This document shows positions 40,388 to 49,733 of a stretch of DNA of 64,000 nt, piece after piece. The notes below the pieces were generated by a model. That model saw only the letters and a program-made list of their open reading frames with translations, made no database searches and was not told where the DNA came from. This DNA is from Pseudomonadota bacterium (GTDB taxonomy: Bacteria > Pseudomonadota > Alphaproteobacteria > Sphingomonadales > Sphingomonadaceae), in contig JAFEEX010000029.1 of NCBI GenBank assembly GCA_018240895.1, forward strand, positions 851 through 64,850, given 5' to 3'. The number at the start of each line of letters is the position of its first letter. The first letter of the stretch is position 1. Both the position numbers and the translations under genes were made by a program.

Positions 40388-41427
40388 TGGTTCGCGGCCC
40401 GGTGAAGCTTGCCAACCTTCTGCGCGCCGGCGGCGGTGGTTATCATCACATCATCGCCGTCGATCACCACGATCACATCTTCCAGCCCGATCACCGAAAC
40501 AGAGGGACCATCGCTGTCAACCAGCACGTTGCGGCAATCGACCAGTTCGACCTGGCCGCGCGCGGCATTGCCCTGCCCGTCACGGTCAAGCGCGGCGTGC
40601 AGCGCTTCCCAGTTGCCGATGTCGGACCAGCCCATATCGGCGGGGACCATTGCCGCGCGCGCGGTGTTTTCCATCACCGCATAGTCAACCGATTCCCCGT
40701 CGATCCGGGCGAAGGCGGCGGCATCGGGGTGGAACCGCGCCCCATCTTCCCTGCCCCTGGCAACGGCGTCTTGCGCGGCGGCAAGGATCGCCGGGCGATG
40801 CGCGCCCAGTTCGCTGAGGAAGGTGGAAGCCTTGAACGCAAAGATCCCGCCGTTCCAGGCATAGCCGCCATGGGCCAGAAATTGTTCGGCCCGGCCGCGA
40901 TCAGGCTTTTCCACGAACCGCGCAACACGGAAGCCGCCATCACCGATTGCCTCGCCCTGCTGAAGATAACCGAAACCGGTTTCCGGCGTTTTCGCCTCGA
41001 TCCCGAAGGAAACCAGCCAGTCCTGCCCGGCGAGCAGCGCCGCAGCGCGGGCCGCCCCGGCAAAGGCGGCAGAATCGCCAATGAAGTGATCGCTGGGGCA
41101 AACCAGCATTATCGCATCGCCCGGCAGGCGCAGCGCCGCCAGCGCGATTGCCGCAGCCGTGTTGCGGGCCGATGGCTCGACAATCACCCGCGCGTCATCT
41201 CTGCCGCCAAGCTGGCTTTCGACATGATCAAGATGCGCCGTTCCCGCAACCACGATTGGGGCGGCGAACTGATCGGGATTGCCGCACCGCGCCAGCGTCT
41301 GTTCAAACAGGGTGCGCTCACCAATCAGCGGCAGGAACGGCTTGGGCTTGGCGGCGCGGCTGCGCGGCCACAACCGCGTGCCGCTGCCGCCGCACAGGAT
41401 CACCGGAACCGTCTTGCTCATCGTCAT
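40384..41427 (-). CDS. manC: Mannose-1-phosphate guanylyltransferase
   Basis: ILCGGSGTRLWP, EPSARNTA, PSDH, FVEKP, WSDIG. Confidence 0.92.
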   Translation of the reverse strand: MTMSKTVPVILCGGSGTRLWPRSRAAKPKPFLPLIGERTLFEQTLARCGNPDQFAAPIVVAGTAHLDHVESQLGGRDDARVIVEPSARNTAAAIALAALRLPGDAIMLVCPSDHFIGDSAAFAGAARAAALLAGQDWLVSFGIEAKTPETGFGYLQQGEAIGDGGFRVARFVEKPDRGRAEQFLAHGGYAWNGGIFAFKASTFLSELGAHRPAILAAAQDAVARGREDGARFHPDAAAFARIDGESVDYAVMENTARAAMVPADMGWSDIGNWEALHAALDRDGQGNAARGQVELVDCRNVLVDSDGPSVSVIGLEDVIVVIDGDDVMITTAAGAQKVGKLHRAANQ

Positions 41428-41657
41428 TCCCGTATCATCGCATTTGTATGGCGCTTCATAGTCGAAGGCATGGCAGTTGCCAGTTGCGAAAACGGAAATA
41501 CAGGAAATCAGATGAAATTTCGGTATGTTTCCCAAAAATTCATGTACGTAGAGCACCATCCCAAGGACCAAGCCGACTGACGGCGGACCTTAACGACCGG
41601 CCAAAGGCAATCCCCCATTGCGCCGGGGCCATGGGTGGCGATATGCCGCTGTGTTCC

Positions 41658-42899
41658 ATGACAGACACATCCGACAGCACAGACAACAACACAGGGCCGC
41701 TTGCCGGCATCAAGGTACTTGATCTCAGCCGGGTGCTGGCCGGGCCGTGGTGCGCGCAGATCCTGGGCGATCTGGGCGCGGAGGTAATCAAGGTTGAGCA
41801 GCCCGGACAGGGCGATGATACCCGGCGCTGGGGTCCGCCATTCCTGCCCGACGGGTCGCGCGATTCGGCCTATTACCTGTGCGCCAACCGCAACAAGCGT
41901 TCGGTGGCGATCGACATTGCCCGGCCGGAAGGCGCGGCGCTGGTCAAACAGCTCGCCGCCGGGGCGGATATCGTGCTGGAAAACTTTCGCGTTGGCGGCC
42001 TGGCCAAATACGGACTGGACTATGCCGGATTGAGCGCGGTGAAGCCCGACCTGATCTATTGCTCGATCACCGGATTCGGCCAGGATGGCCCGGAAAGCGG
42101 CAAGGGCGGCTATGACTTCCTGATCCAGGGGATGAGCGGGCTGATGAGCGTGACCGGCCAGCCTGACGGTCCGCCCACCAAGGTCGGCATTCCGGTCACG
42201 GATCTTTCGACCGGGCTCTATGCGAGCATCTCCATCCTGGCCGCGCTCAACCATCGCAACCGCACTGGCGAGGGCCAGTATATCGACGTGGCCCTGCTTG
42301 ATACGCAGGTCGCCCTGCTGGCCAACCAGGCGTCAAACTGGCTGAACGGAGCGGTCCAGCCGCAGCGGCTTGGCAACCAGCACGCGACGATCGTGCCCTA
42401 TCAGGACTTTGCCTGCGCGGATGGATCGATCCTGATCGCGCTGGGCAACGACCGGCAGTTCGCCGGTCTTGCCCGGCTGCTTGGCCTGCCCGAACTGGCC
42501 GACGATCCGCGTTTTGCCGTCTCGGCCAACCGCAGCGCCAATCGCGATGCGCTGTTCGCGCTGATCAATCCGGTGATCGCGCGGTGGAAATCGGACGAGC
42601 TGATTGCTGCTCTGGAAGCGGCCAAGCTGCCCGCTGGCAAGGTCAACACCGTGCCCGAAATTCTGGCACATCCCCAGATTGCGGCGCGCGGCCTGGTGCA
42701 TGATCTGGCCCGCGACGATGGCACCCCGGTACGGGTCGTGGGTTTCCCGGGGAAACTTTCCCGATCCCCCGCCAGCTATCGCACCGCGCCGCCGCGTTCC
42801 GCGCAAGACAGCGCAGCCGTACTGTCCGACGAGTTGGGCCTGAGCGCGGAGGACATTGCCGCGCTCGTCTCCGCAGGGATAGTTGCCGATCGGCTTTGA
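41658..42899 (+). CDS. CaiB/BaiF (family III) CoA-transferase
   Basis: DLSRVLAGP, NRNKRS, SITGFG, GYDFLIQ. Confidence 0.92.
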   Translation: MTDTSDSTDNNTGPLAGIKVLDLSRVLAGPWCAQILGDLGAEVIKVEQPGQGDDTRRWGPPFLPDGSRDSAYYLCANRNKRSVAIDIARPEGAALVKQLAAGADIVLENFRVGGLAKYGLDYAGLSAVKPDLIYCSITGFGQDGPESGKGGYDFLIQGMSGLMSVTGQPDGPPTKVGIPVTDLSTGLYASISILAALNHRNRTGEGQYIDVALLDTQVALLANQASNWLNGAVQPQRLGNQHATIVPYQDFACADGSILIALGNDRQFAGLARLLGLPELADDPRFAVSANRSANRDALFALINPVIARWKSDELIAALEAAKLPAGKVNTVPEILAHPQIAARGLVHDLARDDGTPVRVVGFPGKLSRSPASYRTAPPRSAQDSAAVLSDELGLSAEDIAALVSAGIVADRL

Positions 42900-42919
42900 C
42901 CCCGCTAGGCCGGCTGGCG

Positions 42920-43441
42920 ATGACTACGCCTGCCGCCACGCCTTCTGACGAACCAGCGCTTGACGCACGGCTGAAGCAGGTGCTGCGCCACCTCCCCGCG
43001 CCTGTTGGCATCGTTTCCAGCTTTGATCCCGACAGCGGCGATCCGGTCGGTCTGGCCATGTCGGCGCTGATGCCGGTCAGTCTTGAGCCTGTTTCGATGG
43101 CCATCGCCATCAACCGTTCCGGATCGGCCCACGATGCCATGATCCGCGCGGGACGGTTCTGTATCAACCTGCTGGACAGCGCCCGGCGCGAATACCTGAC
43201 CCCCTTTGCCAGCTTTGCCGGGCGGCCGGACCGCTTCACCCAGTCAGACTGGCGGCAGCACGGCCCGGTGTGGTTTATCGAAGGCGCACCCGCCAACATC
43301 TTTTGCGAAATCCGCGAACGTGTGCCTCACGGCACGCACGATGTGCTGATTGGCGCGATCTATGATCTGCGCTCAACCGGGGGGGATGACATTCTGGGCT
43401 GGGCCAACGGCGCGCTGGGCCGCCTGTCTCCGCTGCGATAG
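42920..43441 (+). CDS. Flavin reductase family protein
   Basis: VSLEP, FCINLL, GTHDVLIG. Confidence 0.85.
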   Translation: MTTPAATPSDEPALDARLKQVLRHLPAPVGIVSSFDPDSGDPVGLAMSALMPVSLEPVSMAIAINRSGSAHDAMIRAGRFCINLLDSARREYLTPFASFAGRPDRFTQSDWRQHGPVWFIEGAPANIFCEIRERVPHGTHDVLIGAIYDLRSTGGDDILGWANGALGRLSPLR

Positions 43442-43465
43442 TGCGTTCGCGGCGAAATTCCGGTA

Positions 43466-43485
43466 AATTGGAAACGCTTCCAATT
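43466..43485. promoter_or_regulatory. LacI-family operator-like palindrome upstream of the sugar MFS
   Basis: AATTGGAAACGCTTCCAATT with central CG. Confidence 0.65.
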
Positions 43486-43603
43486 CATCGCTTGCAACCT
43501 TGCATACCATACGTATGCCTATGGACTTCCGCGCGATTGCGCGCATGACTGAAGCAATCCCCGCATCTGGCACGACGGGTTGAAAGCACAAGTGGAGAAC
43601 AGG

Positions 43604-45145
43604 ATGGCGGCGCCAATTGTCGGGTCGAATGCAGGCAGCAGCAACGGTGGAAGCACCAACGGCAACACCCGGATCGTGCTGATCCTGGCCTTTGCGGTAT
43701 TCTTCCTGCTGGGCGGGGTGACCAACATCAACGATCTGCTGGTCGGCAAGTTCAAGCCGATGTTCCAGCTTTCCCATGCCCAGGCCAACCTGGTGCAGAT
43801 GGCGTTCTTCATCGCCTATGCCGCCTTCTCGATCCCCGCCGGGATCGTGATGAGCAGGCTGGGTTATATCCGTACCTTCGTGCTTGGCTTCGTGATGATC
43901 GCGGCGGCTGCGCTGCTGTTTATCCCCGCATCGGCGGCGGCATCCTTCCCCGGATTTCTCGGCTGTCTGTTCTTCATCGGCGCCGGGATCACCGTGCTGC
44001 AGGTGGCGATGAACCCGGTGATCACCACCCTGGGCCCGGTCGAAACCTCGCACAGCCGGCTGACTTTCGCTCAGGCGTTCAACTCGATCGGGGTGACGCT
44101 GATGGTCTATGGCGGGGCCAAGGTGCTGCTCGGCGATTCCAAGCCGATCGACGCCGCCACCGCCACCGCGGCGCAGATGCAGGCCTACCGCGTGGAACAG
44201 GGTGCCTCGATCGGCCACGCCTATATGTGGCTGGCCATCGTGATGCTGGCGATCGCCGCGCTGTTCTGGACGTTCCGGTCCGCGCTTGATCACGCCAAGA
44301 CCGAGGAAACCAAGGTTGCCGGCACCTGGGATCTGCTGATGACCAACCGCCGGGTCCAGCTTGGCGCGCTCTGCATCTTTACTTACGTCGGTGCCGAAGT
44401 GGCGATCGGATCGAACATGATCGCCTACCTTGGCGAACAGAGCGTAATGGGCCTGGGGCTGGAGGCTGCGGGCAAGCTGGTCGCGTTCTATTGGGGCGGG
44501 GCGATGATCGGGCGTTTTGTGGGCGGCTTCGTGCTGCGCGCGTTCCGCCCGGGCCGGGTGCTGACCACCTATGCCGCCGCCGCGATCGGGCTGATCGCGA
44601 TTTCGGCCTTCAGCATGGGTGCTGTTTCCGGCTGGGCGCTGATCCTGGTCGGCTTCTTCAATTCGCTGATGTTCCCGACGATCTTCAGCCTTGGCACCGA
44701 GGGTCTGGGCGAACAGACTCCGCAAGGGTCAGGCATCCTGTGCACCGCAATTGTCGGCGGGGCGCTGGTGCCGTTCCTGTTCGGATCGGTTGCCGACATG
44801 ACCGGCAATATGCGCATGGCGCTGATCGTGCCGGTGGTCTGCTACGTGATCATCGCCCTGTTCGGGATGTGGGCGGTGGCCAATCCCAGTGCACAGACTT
44901 CGAGCGGGCAAACTTCCGAAATCACGGCGCGTCCGAACTCAAAATCTGTCGGGATTATTGCCTTAGCGCTTGCAGCCCTGGTCGCAATTTACGCGATGGT
45001 CATGAAAACAAGCGTCTCAACCCCACTAGGCGACGTCAGCAACATCGGACTTCTCAACACTCAACAAAATGCGTTCATTGTCGCCGGATTTCTTGGAGTC
45101 ATCGGCACAATCTTGACCGTTTTCGCCAGCGCCAAGAAACCATAG
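43604..45145 (+). CDS. Glucose/galactose/fucose MFS transporter (GluP/FucP) with C-terminal extension
   Basis: LQVAMNP, RLTFAQAFNS, YVGAEV, NSLMFPTIF, AIVGGA. Confidence 0.9.
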   Translation: MAAPIVGSNAGSSNGGSTNGNTRIVLILAFAVFFLLGGVTNINDLLVGKFKPMFQLSHAQANLVQMAFFIAYAAFSIPAGIVMSRLGYIRTFVLGFVMIAAAALLFIPASAAASFPGFLGCLFFIGAGITVLQVAMNPVITTLGPVETSHSRLTFAQAFNSIGVTLMVYGGAKVLLGDSKPIDAATATAAQMQAYRVEQGASIGHAYMWLAIVMLAIAALFWTFRSALDHAKTEETKVAGTWDLLMTNRRVQLGALCIFTYVGAEVAIGSNMIAYLGEQSVMGLGLEAAGKLVAFYWGGAMIGRFVGGFVLRAFRPGRVLTTYAAAAIGLIAISAFSMGAVSGWALILVGFFNSLMFPTIFSLGTEGLGEQTPQGSGILCTAIVGGALVPFLFGSVADMTGNMRMALIVPVVCYVIIALFGMWAVANPSAQTSSGQTSEITARPNSKSVGIIALALAALVAIYAMVMKTSVSTPLGDVSNIGLLNTQQNAFIVAGFLGVIGTILTVFASAKKP

Positions 45146-45170
45146 GGCACATCAATTCCCGGGGGCCGGA

Positions 45171-45731
45171 TCAGGCCCGCCCTGTCTCGCTGGCGAGCAG
45201 GGCGGGATCGATCCCCTCGGCCCGCCACGCCGCCTTCCAGCGATCGTCAGCCACGGTCTCATAGACGATCCCCGGGTGCCCGCGCGCGGCGAACCAACCG
45301 TGGCGCCGCATCTCTCCGTCAAGCTGGCCCGCGCCCCAACCGGCATAGCCCAGCACCACCACGAAGCGGTCCGGGCCGGTTCCCGCCGCGATCGCCTCAA
45401 GCACGTCGCGTGACATCGACATCGCGCCCAGCGGTCCGGCCTGGATCGTCCCGCGCCCCGTCCAGTCGGCGCTATGCAGGACGAAGCCGCGCTGGGTTTC
45501 CACCGGCCCGCCATAAAGTACCGGCACGTCAGGCGCCGCGCCGGGATCGATGCCCTGGTCGGCCAGGACGGTGTGCAGCGTCAGGTCGTCCACCTCGTGC
45601 CCGATCCCCAGTCCCAGTGCGCCATCGGCATTGTGCTGGATCATCGCGATCACTGCGTGATCGAAGCGCGGATCGCCCATCCCCGGCATGGCCAGCAGCA
45701 GGCGACCGGCAAGATAGGCGGCATCGGTCAT
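45171..45731 (-). CDS. YqgE/AlgH family protein
   Basis: LLLAMP..DPRF, GGPV, GYAGWGAGQL, GRA terminus. Confidence 0.92.
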   Translation of the reverse strand: MTDAAYLAGRLLLAMPGMGDPRFDHAVIAMIQHNADGALGLGIGHEVDDLTLHTVLADQGIDPGAAPDVPVLYGGPVETQRGFVLHSADWTGRGTIQAGPLGAMSMSRDVLEAIAAGTGPDRFVVVLGYAGWGAGQLDGEMRRHGWFAARGHPGIVYETVADDRWKAAWRAEGIDPALLASETGRA

Positions 45732-45905
45732 CGCGGCTGAGCCTGTCACGATCGCGCGGCGGGGGCCAGCGCAAAGCGACAAGCCTTGCCTTTGGGGCGA
45801 TTCGCGTTTAGGGGCCCGCCCTTCATTGACACGGATTCGATGATCTGCCTGGCTATCTAGGGCTGCCATGGCCGATCGGACGTGTCTCTAACCAAGGAGA
45901 CGAAA

Positions 45906-46109
45906 ATGCCCAAGCTCAAGACCAAGAGCGGCGTGAAAAAGCGCTTCAAGCTCACCGCCACCGGCAAGGTGAAGCACGGCGTGGCCGGCAAGCGCCACCG
46001 CCTGATCAGCCATAACGGCAAGTACATCCGCCAGAACCGCGGCACCGAAGTGATCTCCGATGCGGACGCAAAGGTGATCAAGAAGTGGGCGCCCTACGGG
46101 CTGAATTGA
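45906..46109 (+). CDS. rpmI: 50S ribosomal protein L35
   Basis: [15 protein letters not shown]. Confidence 0.97.
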   Translation: MPKLKTKSGVKKRFKLTATGKVKHGVAGKRHRLISHNGKYIRQNRGTEVISDADAKVIKKWAPYGLN

Positions 46110-46122
46110 GGAGTACTGATCA

Positions 46123-46482
46123 ATGGCACGTGTCAAAAGGGGTGTAACCACCCGCGCCAAGCACAAGAACATTCTGGAACAGGCCAAGGGCTATCGCGGC
46201 CGCCGCAAGAACACGATTCGCGTTGCGCGTCAGGCGGTCGAAAAGGCCGGCCAGTACGCCTATCGCGACCGCAAGGTGAAGAAGCGGACCTTCCGCGCCC
46301 TGTGGATCCAGCGCATCAACGCCGCGGTCCGCGCCGAAGGCCTGACCTATTCGCAGTTCATCCACGGCACCAAGCTGGCCGGGATCGAACTCGACCGTAA
46401 GGCGATGGCCGATCTGGCGATGAACGAAGGCGGCGTGTTTGCAGCCGTCATCGCCCAGGCCAAGGCCGCGCTGCCGGCCTGA
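46123..46482 (+). CDS. rplT: 50S ribosomal protein L20
   Basis: MARVKRG...AKGYRG...LWIQRINAA. Confidence 0.97.
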   Translation: MARVKRGVTTRAKHKNILEQAKGYRGRRKNTIRVARQAVEKAGQYAYRDRKVKKRTFRALWIQRINAAVRAEGLTYSQFIHGTKLAGIELDRKAMADLAMNEGGVFAAVIAQAKAALPA

Positions 46483-46503
46483 GCCAAAGCAGGGCCAAGG
46501 CCT

Positions 46504-46546
46504 GAAAAGGGCGCGGACGCATCGCCGTTCGCGCCCTTTTTCTTTT
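46504..46546 (+). terminator. Rho-independent terminator after rplT
   Basis: aaaagggcgcg...cgcgcccttttt stem-loop with a U-tract. Confidence 0.75.
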
Positions 46547-46653
46547 CCAAATCTGAGACACACGCGCAGTTGCCGCTTGTCGATCCGGTCCACCTGACGC
46601 AAGATTGTGGCGATCGGCCTTTCATGGCCGGAACGGGGTGTGGGGCAAGACCA

Positions 46654-47544
46654 ATGAAGCCGCAGATTGCCGGCGATGCCGTGACCGTGCGCTTCTTCCT
46701 GCCCTCGCCCGCGCTCGCCCCCTTTGTTTCGGCCTACTATCTGACCGAGGTCAATGTGCCGGCGGGCACCGTGGTCGAGGACTTTCTTCATCCCGAATGG
46801 GGCAATGTCCGCTTCGCCCGCAATGAAAGCTGGCAGGCCGCGGTCGGCCAGCAACCTCTACGCCCCGCGCCGCAACTCATCGCCTCAGGCCCGTCGAGCT
46901 ACAGCTCGCATTTCGTGACCGGCACCGCGCGGATGTGGGGAGTGGGCATTCTTCCGCTCGGCTGGGCACGGTTTTTTGACCTGGCCGCATCGGACCTTGC
47001 CGACGATTTCTGCGATGCGGCGGCAACTCCCGCCTTCACCGGTCTGGCGGGTCTGCCCGACGCAACCTTCGGAAACGCGCCGGATCCCGCCGCAGAGGCG
47101 GCGCGGATCGATGCCTTCATGCTCGCCTACCTCGCCGCGCGGCCGCCGCACCCGGACGAGGACCGCATCCGCGCCGCTCACGCCGCGTTGATTGACCGCG
47201 ACATCGCATCGGTCGCCGACCTTGCCGGGCGACTCGCCACATCGCCGCGCTCGCTCGAACGGCTCTCGCTGCGCGCCTTCGGCTTTTCCCCCAAGCTGCT
47301 GCTGCGCCGCCAGCGCTTCTTGCGCAGTCTGGCCCAGTTCATGCTCGACCCTTCGCTGCGGTGGATCAGCACGCTTGACTGGCAATATGTCGATCAGGCG
47401 CATTTCGTGCGGGATTTCAAACGCTTCATGGGGATGAGCCCCAGTGCTTATGGCGCGCTTGACCATCCGGTGCTGCGCGCCGCCGCCCGGGCGCGCGCGG
47501 CCACTGTGGGAGAAGCGGTGCAGGCACTGCATCACCCGCAATGA
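46654..47544 (+). CDS. AraC-family HTH regulator (paralog 1)
   Basis: RSLERL..RAFGFSPK, YVDQAHFVRDFKRFMG; start uncertain. Confidence 0.85.
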   Translation: MKPQIAGDAVTVRFFLPSPALAPFVSAYYLTEVNVPAGTVVEDFLHPEWGNVRFARNESWQAAVGQQPLRPAPQLIASGPSSYSSHFVTGTARMWGVGILPLGWARFFDLAASDLADDFCDAAATPAFTGLAGLPDATFGNAPDPAAEAARIDAFMLAYLAARPPHPDEDRIRAAHAALIDRDIASVADLAGRLATSPRSLERLSLRAFGFSPKLLLRRQRFLRSLAQFMLDPSLRWISTLDWQYVDQAHFVRDFKRFMGMSPSAYGALDHPVLRAAARARAATVGEAVQALHHPQ

Positions 47545-47613
47545 ACTGCCGCTTGAAACACGGCGAGCGGTAAGGCACCGTCATTCACCACAGACCAAGG
47601 GGGCAATCCTTCG

Positions 47614-48510
47614 GTGTCGCAGGAACTTTCGATCTCGGTTCGATTCATTTCGCCGCCCGAAGACCTGCGCCGTTATTTCACCACCTTCTATGTCACGCAG
47701 ATTGACCTGCCCGATGGCCAGACAGTCGTGGATGCCTTGCAGCCGGAATGGGCCAATCTGCGTTTCTTCAACGGAGCCTGCCCCGAATCGTGGATCGCCG
47801 GGGGCGAGCCGCTTGCTCACGCACGCTTCACCGCAACCGGGCCAAGCAGCAGCCCCTGCCACTTCCGCATTGGTGCGACGCGCTTTTGGGGGATCGGCCT
47901 GCTTCCGCTTGGTTGGCATCGCTATGTCGGCAGGCCCGCCTCGGACCATGCCAACCTGATCACCGACGGACGCACGCACCCGACCTTCGCCGTCTTTGCG
48001 CCGCTGGCGAACCGCCTGTTTGGCAGCGAACCGGACGACGATGCGGAAATGGAACGGATTGTCCGGTTTTTCCGCGATTGCCAGCCCGCGGCGGAGAGCG
48101 ACGAGGCGCGGATCATGGCGATCCACGCCGCGTTGATCGACCCGCAGGTCGATTCGGTCGCGGCGATGGCCCGCCACGCCGGGCTGGGACAACGCACGAT
48201 CGAGCGGCTGTGCATCCGCGATTTCGGCTTTTCCCCAAAACTGCTGCTGCGGCGTCAGCGCTTCATGCGCAGTCTGGCGCAATTCATGCTCGATCCCTCG
48301 CTCAAATGGATCGGCGCGATCGACGGCCAGTACCACGATCAGGCGCAGTTCGTCCGCGATTTTCACGAATTCATGGGCACGACCCCCAGCGACTATGCCG
48401 CGCGGCCCCATCCCGTGCTTGAACGCTTCATGCACGAGCGCGCGCGCCTGCACGGTGCGCCGGTCCAGACCATGGATTCGCCACAGGGCGCACCGCGCGA
48501 TCCGGCCTGA
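47614..48510 (+). CDS. AraC-family HTH regulator (paralog 2)
   Basis: RTIERL..RDFGFSPK, YHDQAQFVRDFHEFMG. Confidence 0.85.
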   Translation: MSQELSISVRFISPPEDLRRYFTTFYVTQIDLPDGQTVVDALQPEWANLRFFNGACPESWIAGGEPLAHARFTATGPSSSPCHFRIGATRFWGIGLLPLGWHRYVGRPASDHANLITDGRTHPTFAVFAPLANRLFGSEPDDDAEMERIVRFFRDCQPAAESDEARIMAIHAALIDPQVDSVAAMARHAGLGQRTIERLCIRDFGFSPKLLLRRQRFMRSLAQFMLDPSLKWIGAIDGQYHDQAQFVRDFHEFMGTTPSDYAARPHPVLERFMHERARLHGAPVQTMDSPQGAPRDPA

Positions 48511-48604
48511 GCCGCCGCCGGGGAGCATTTTCGGATAGGCAGGCGCGCCCCGGCTGGCTAAAGGGCGCTTCCCCCCCTCCATCACAGGAAACGGACCAGA
48601 ACCA

Positions 48605-49720
48605 GTGGACTACGCAGCAACCCTTGAAGACGCGCTGGCGCGCATTGCCGCCGTGCAGGATTTGGGCGCGCTTGAGGGTCTGCGGGTCGAATTTCTGGGC
48701 AAGCAGGGTTCGATCTCCGGCCTGCTCAAGACCCTGGGGGCGATGTCGGCGGAGCAACGCCAGACCACCGGGCCGCAGATCCACGCGCTGCGCGAAGGGG
48801 TGACGGCAGCGCTGGCGGAGCGCAAGGCCGCGCTGGAAAGCGCGGCGCTGGAGGCGCGGCTGGCCAGCGAGACAATCGACCTGACCCTGCCCGCGCCCGC
48901 CGCCCCGCGCGGATCGGTCCACCCGGTCAGCCAGGTGATGGACGAACTGGCCGAGATCTTCGCCGACATGGGCTTCGCCGTCGCCACCGGGCCGGAGATC
49001 GAGGACGACTGGCACAATTTCACCGCGCTCAATATCCCCGAAAGCCACCCGGCGCGGGCGATGCACGATACCTTCTACTTCCCCGACAAGGACGCAGAGG
49101 GCCGCGCGATGCTGCTGCGCACGCACACCAGCCCGGTGCAGATCCGCGCCATGCTGGACGTTGTGAAACAGGATCCTGGGGGTGCACCGATCCGCATTAT
49201 CGCCCCGGGCCGGGTCTATCGCTCTGACAGCGATGCGACCCACACCCCGATGTTCCACCAGGTTGAAGGGCTGGTGATCGACAAGGGCATTCACCTGGGC
49301 CACCTCAAATGGACGCTGGAAACCTTCCTCAAGGCCTTCTTTGAACGCGACGACATCGTCCTGCGCCTGCGGCCCTCCTACTTCCCCTTCACCGAGCCAT
49401 CGGTTGAGGTCGACGTCGGCTTCGCTATCGTCAATGGCAAGCGCGTGCTGGGCGGCAGCGGCGATGCGCCGGGGCATGGCTGGATGGAACTGCTGGGCTC
49501 TGGCATGGTCAACCGCAAGGTGATCGCCGCCGGGGGGCTCGATCCCGACGAGTGGCAGGGCTTTGCTTTCGGCGCCGGGATCGACCGGCTCGCCATGCTC
49601 AAATACGGGATGGATGATCTGCGCGCCTTCTTCGACGGCGACGTGCGCTGGAACGCGCACTACGGCTTCAACCCCAACGACGTGCCGACCCTGTCGGGCG
49701 GCGTCGGCACAGCGGCGTAA
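48605..49720 (+). CDS. pheS: Phenylalanine-tRNA ligase alpha subunit
   Basis: [35 protein letters not shown]. Confidence 0.97.
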   Translation: MDYAATLEDALARIAAVQDLGALEGLRVEFLGKQGSISGLLKTLGAMSAEQRQTTGPQIHALREGVTAALAERKAALESAALEARLASETIDLTLPAPAAPRGSVHPVSQVMDELAEIFADMGFAVATGPEIEDDWHNFTALNIPESHPARAMHDTFYFPDKDAEGRAMLLRTHTSPVQIRAMLDVVKQDPGGAPIRIIAPGRVYRSDSDATHTPMFHQVEGLVIDKGIHLGHLKWTLETFLKAFFERDDIVLRLRPSYFPFTEPSVEVDVGFAIVNGKRVLGGSGDAPGHGWMELLGSGMVNRKVIAAGGLDPDEWQGFAFGAGIDRLAMLKYGMDDLRAFFDGDVRWNAHYGFNPNDVPTLSGGVGTAA

Positions 49721-49733
49721 GGAGGGCGCACAG

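Noticed and set aside
41148-41657. Long N-terminal extensions given in the ORF track (also at 3829, 5304, 6142, 32256, 49563, 54302)
   Set aside because: They overlap neighbouring genes or repeats; downstream starts with an RBS or family-typical N-terminus fit better
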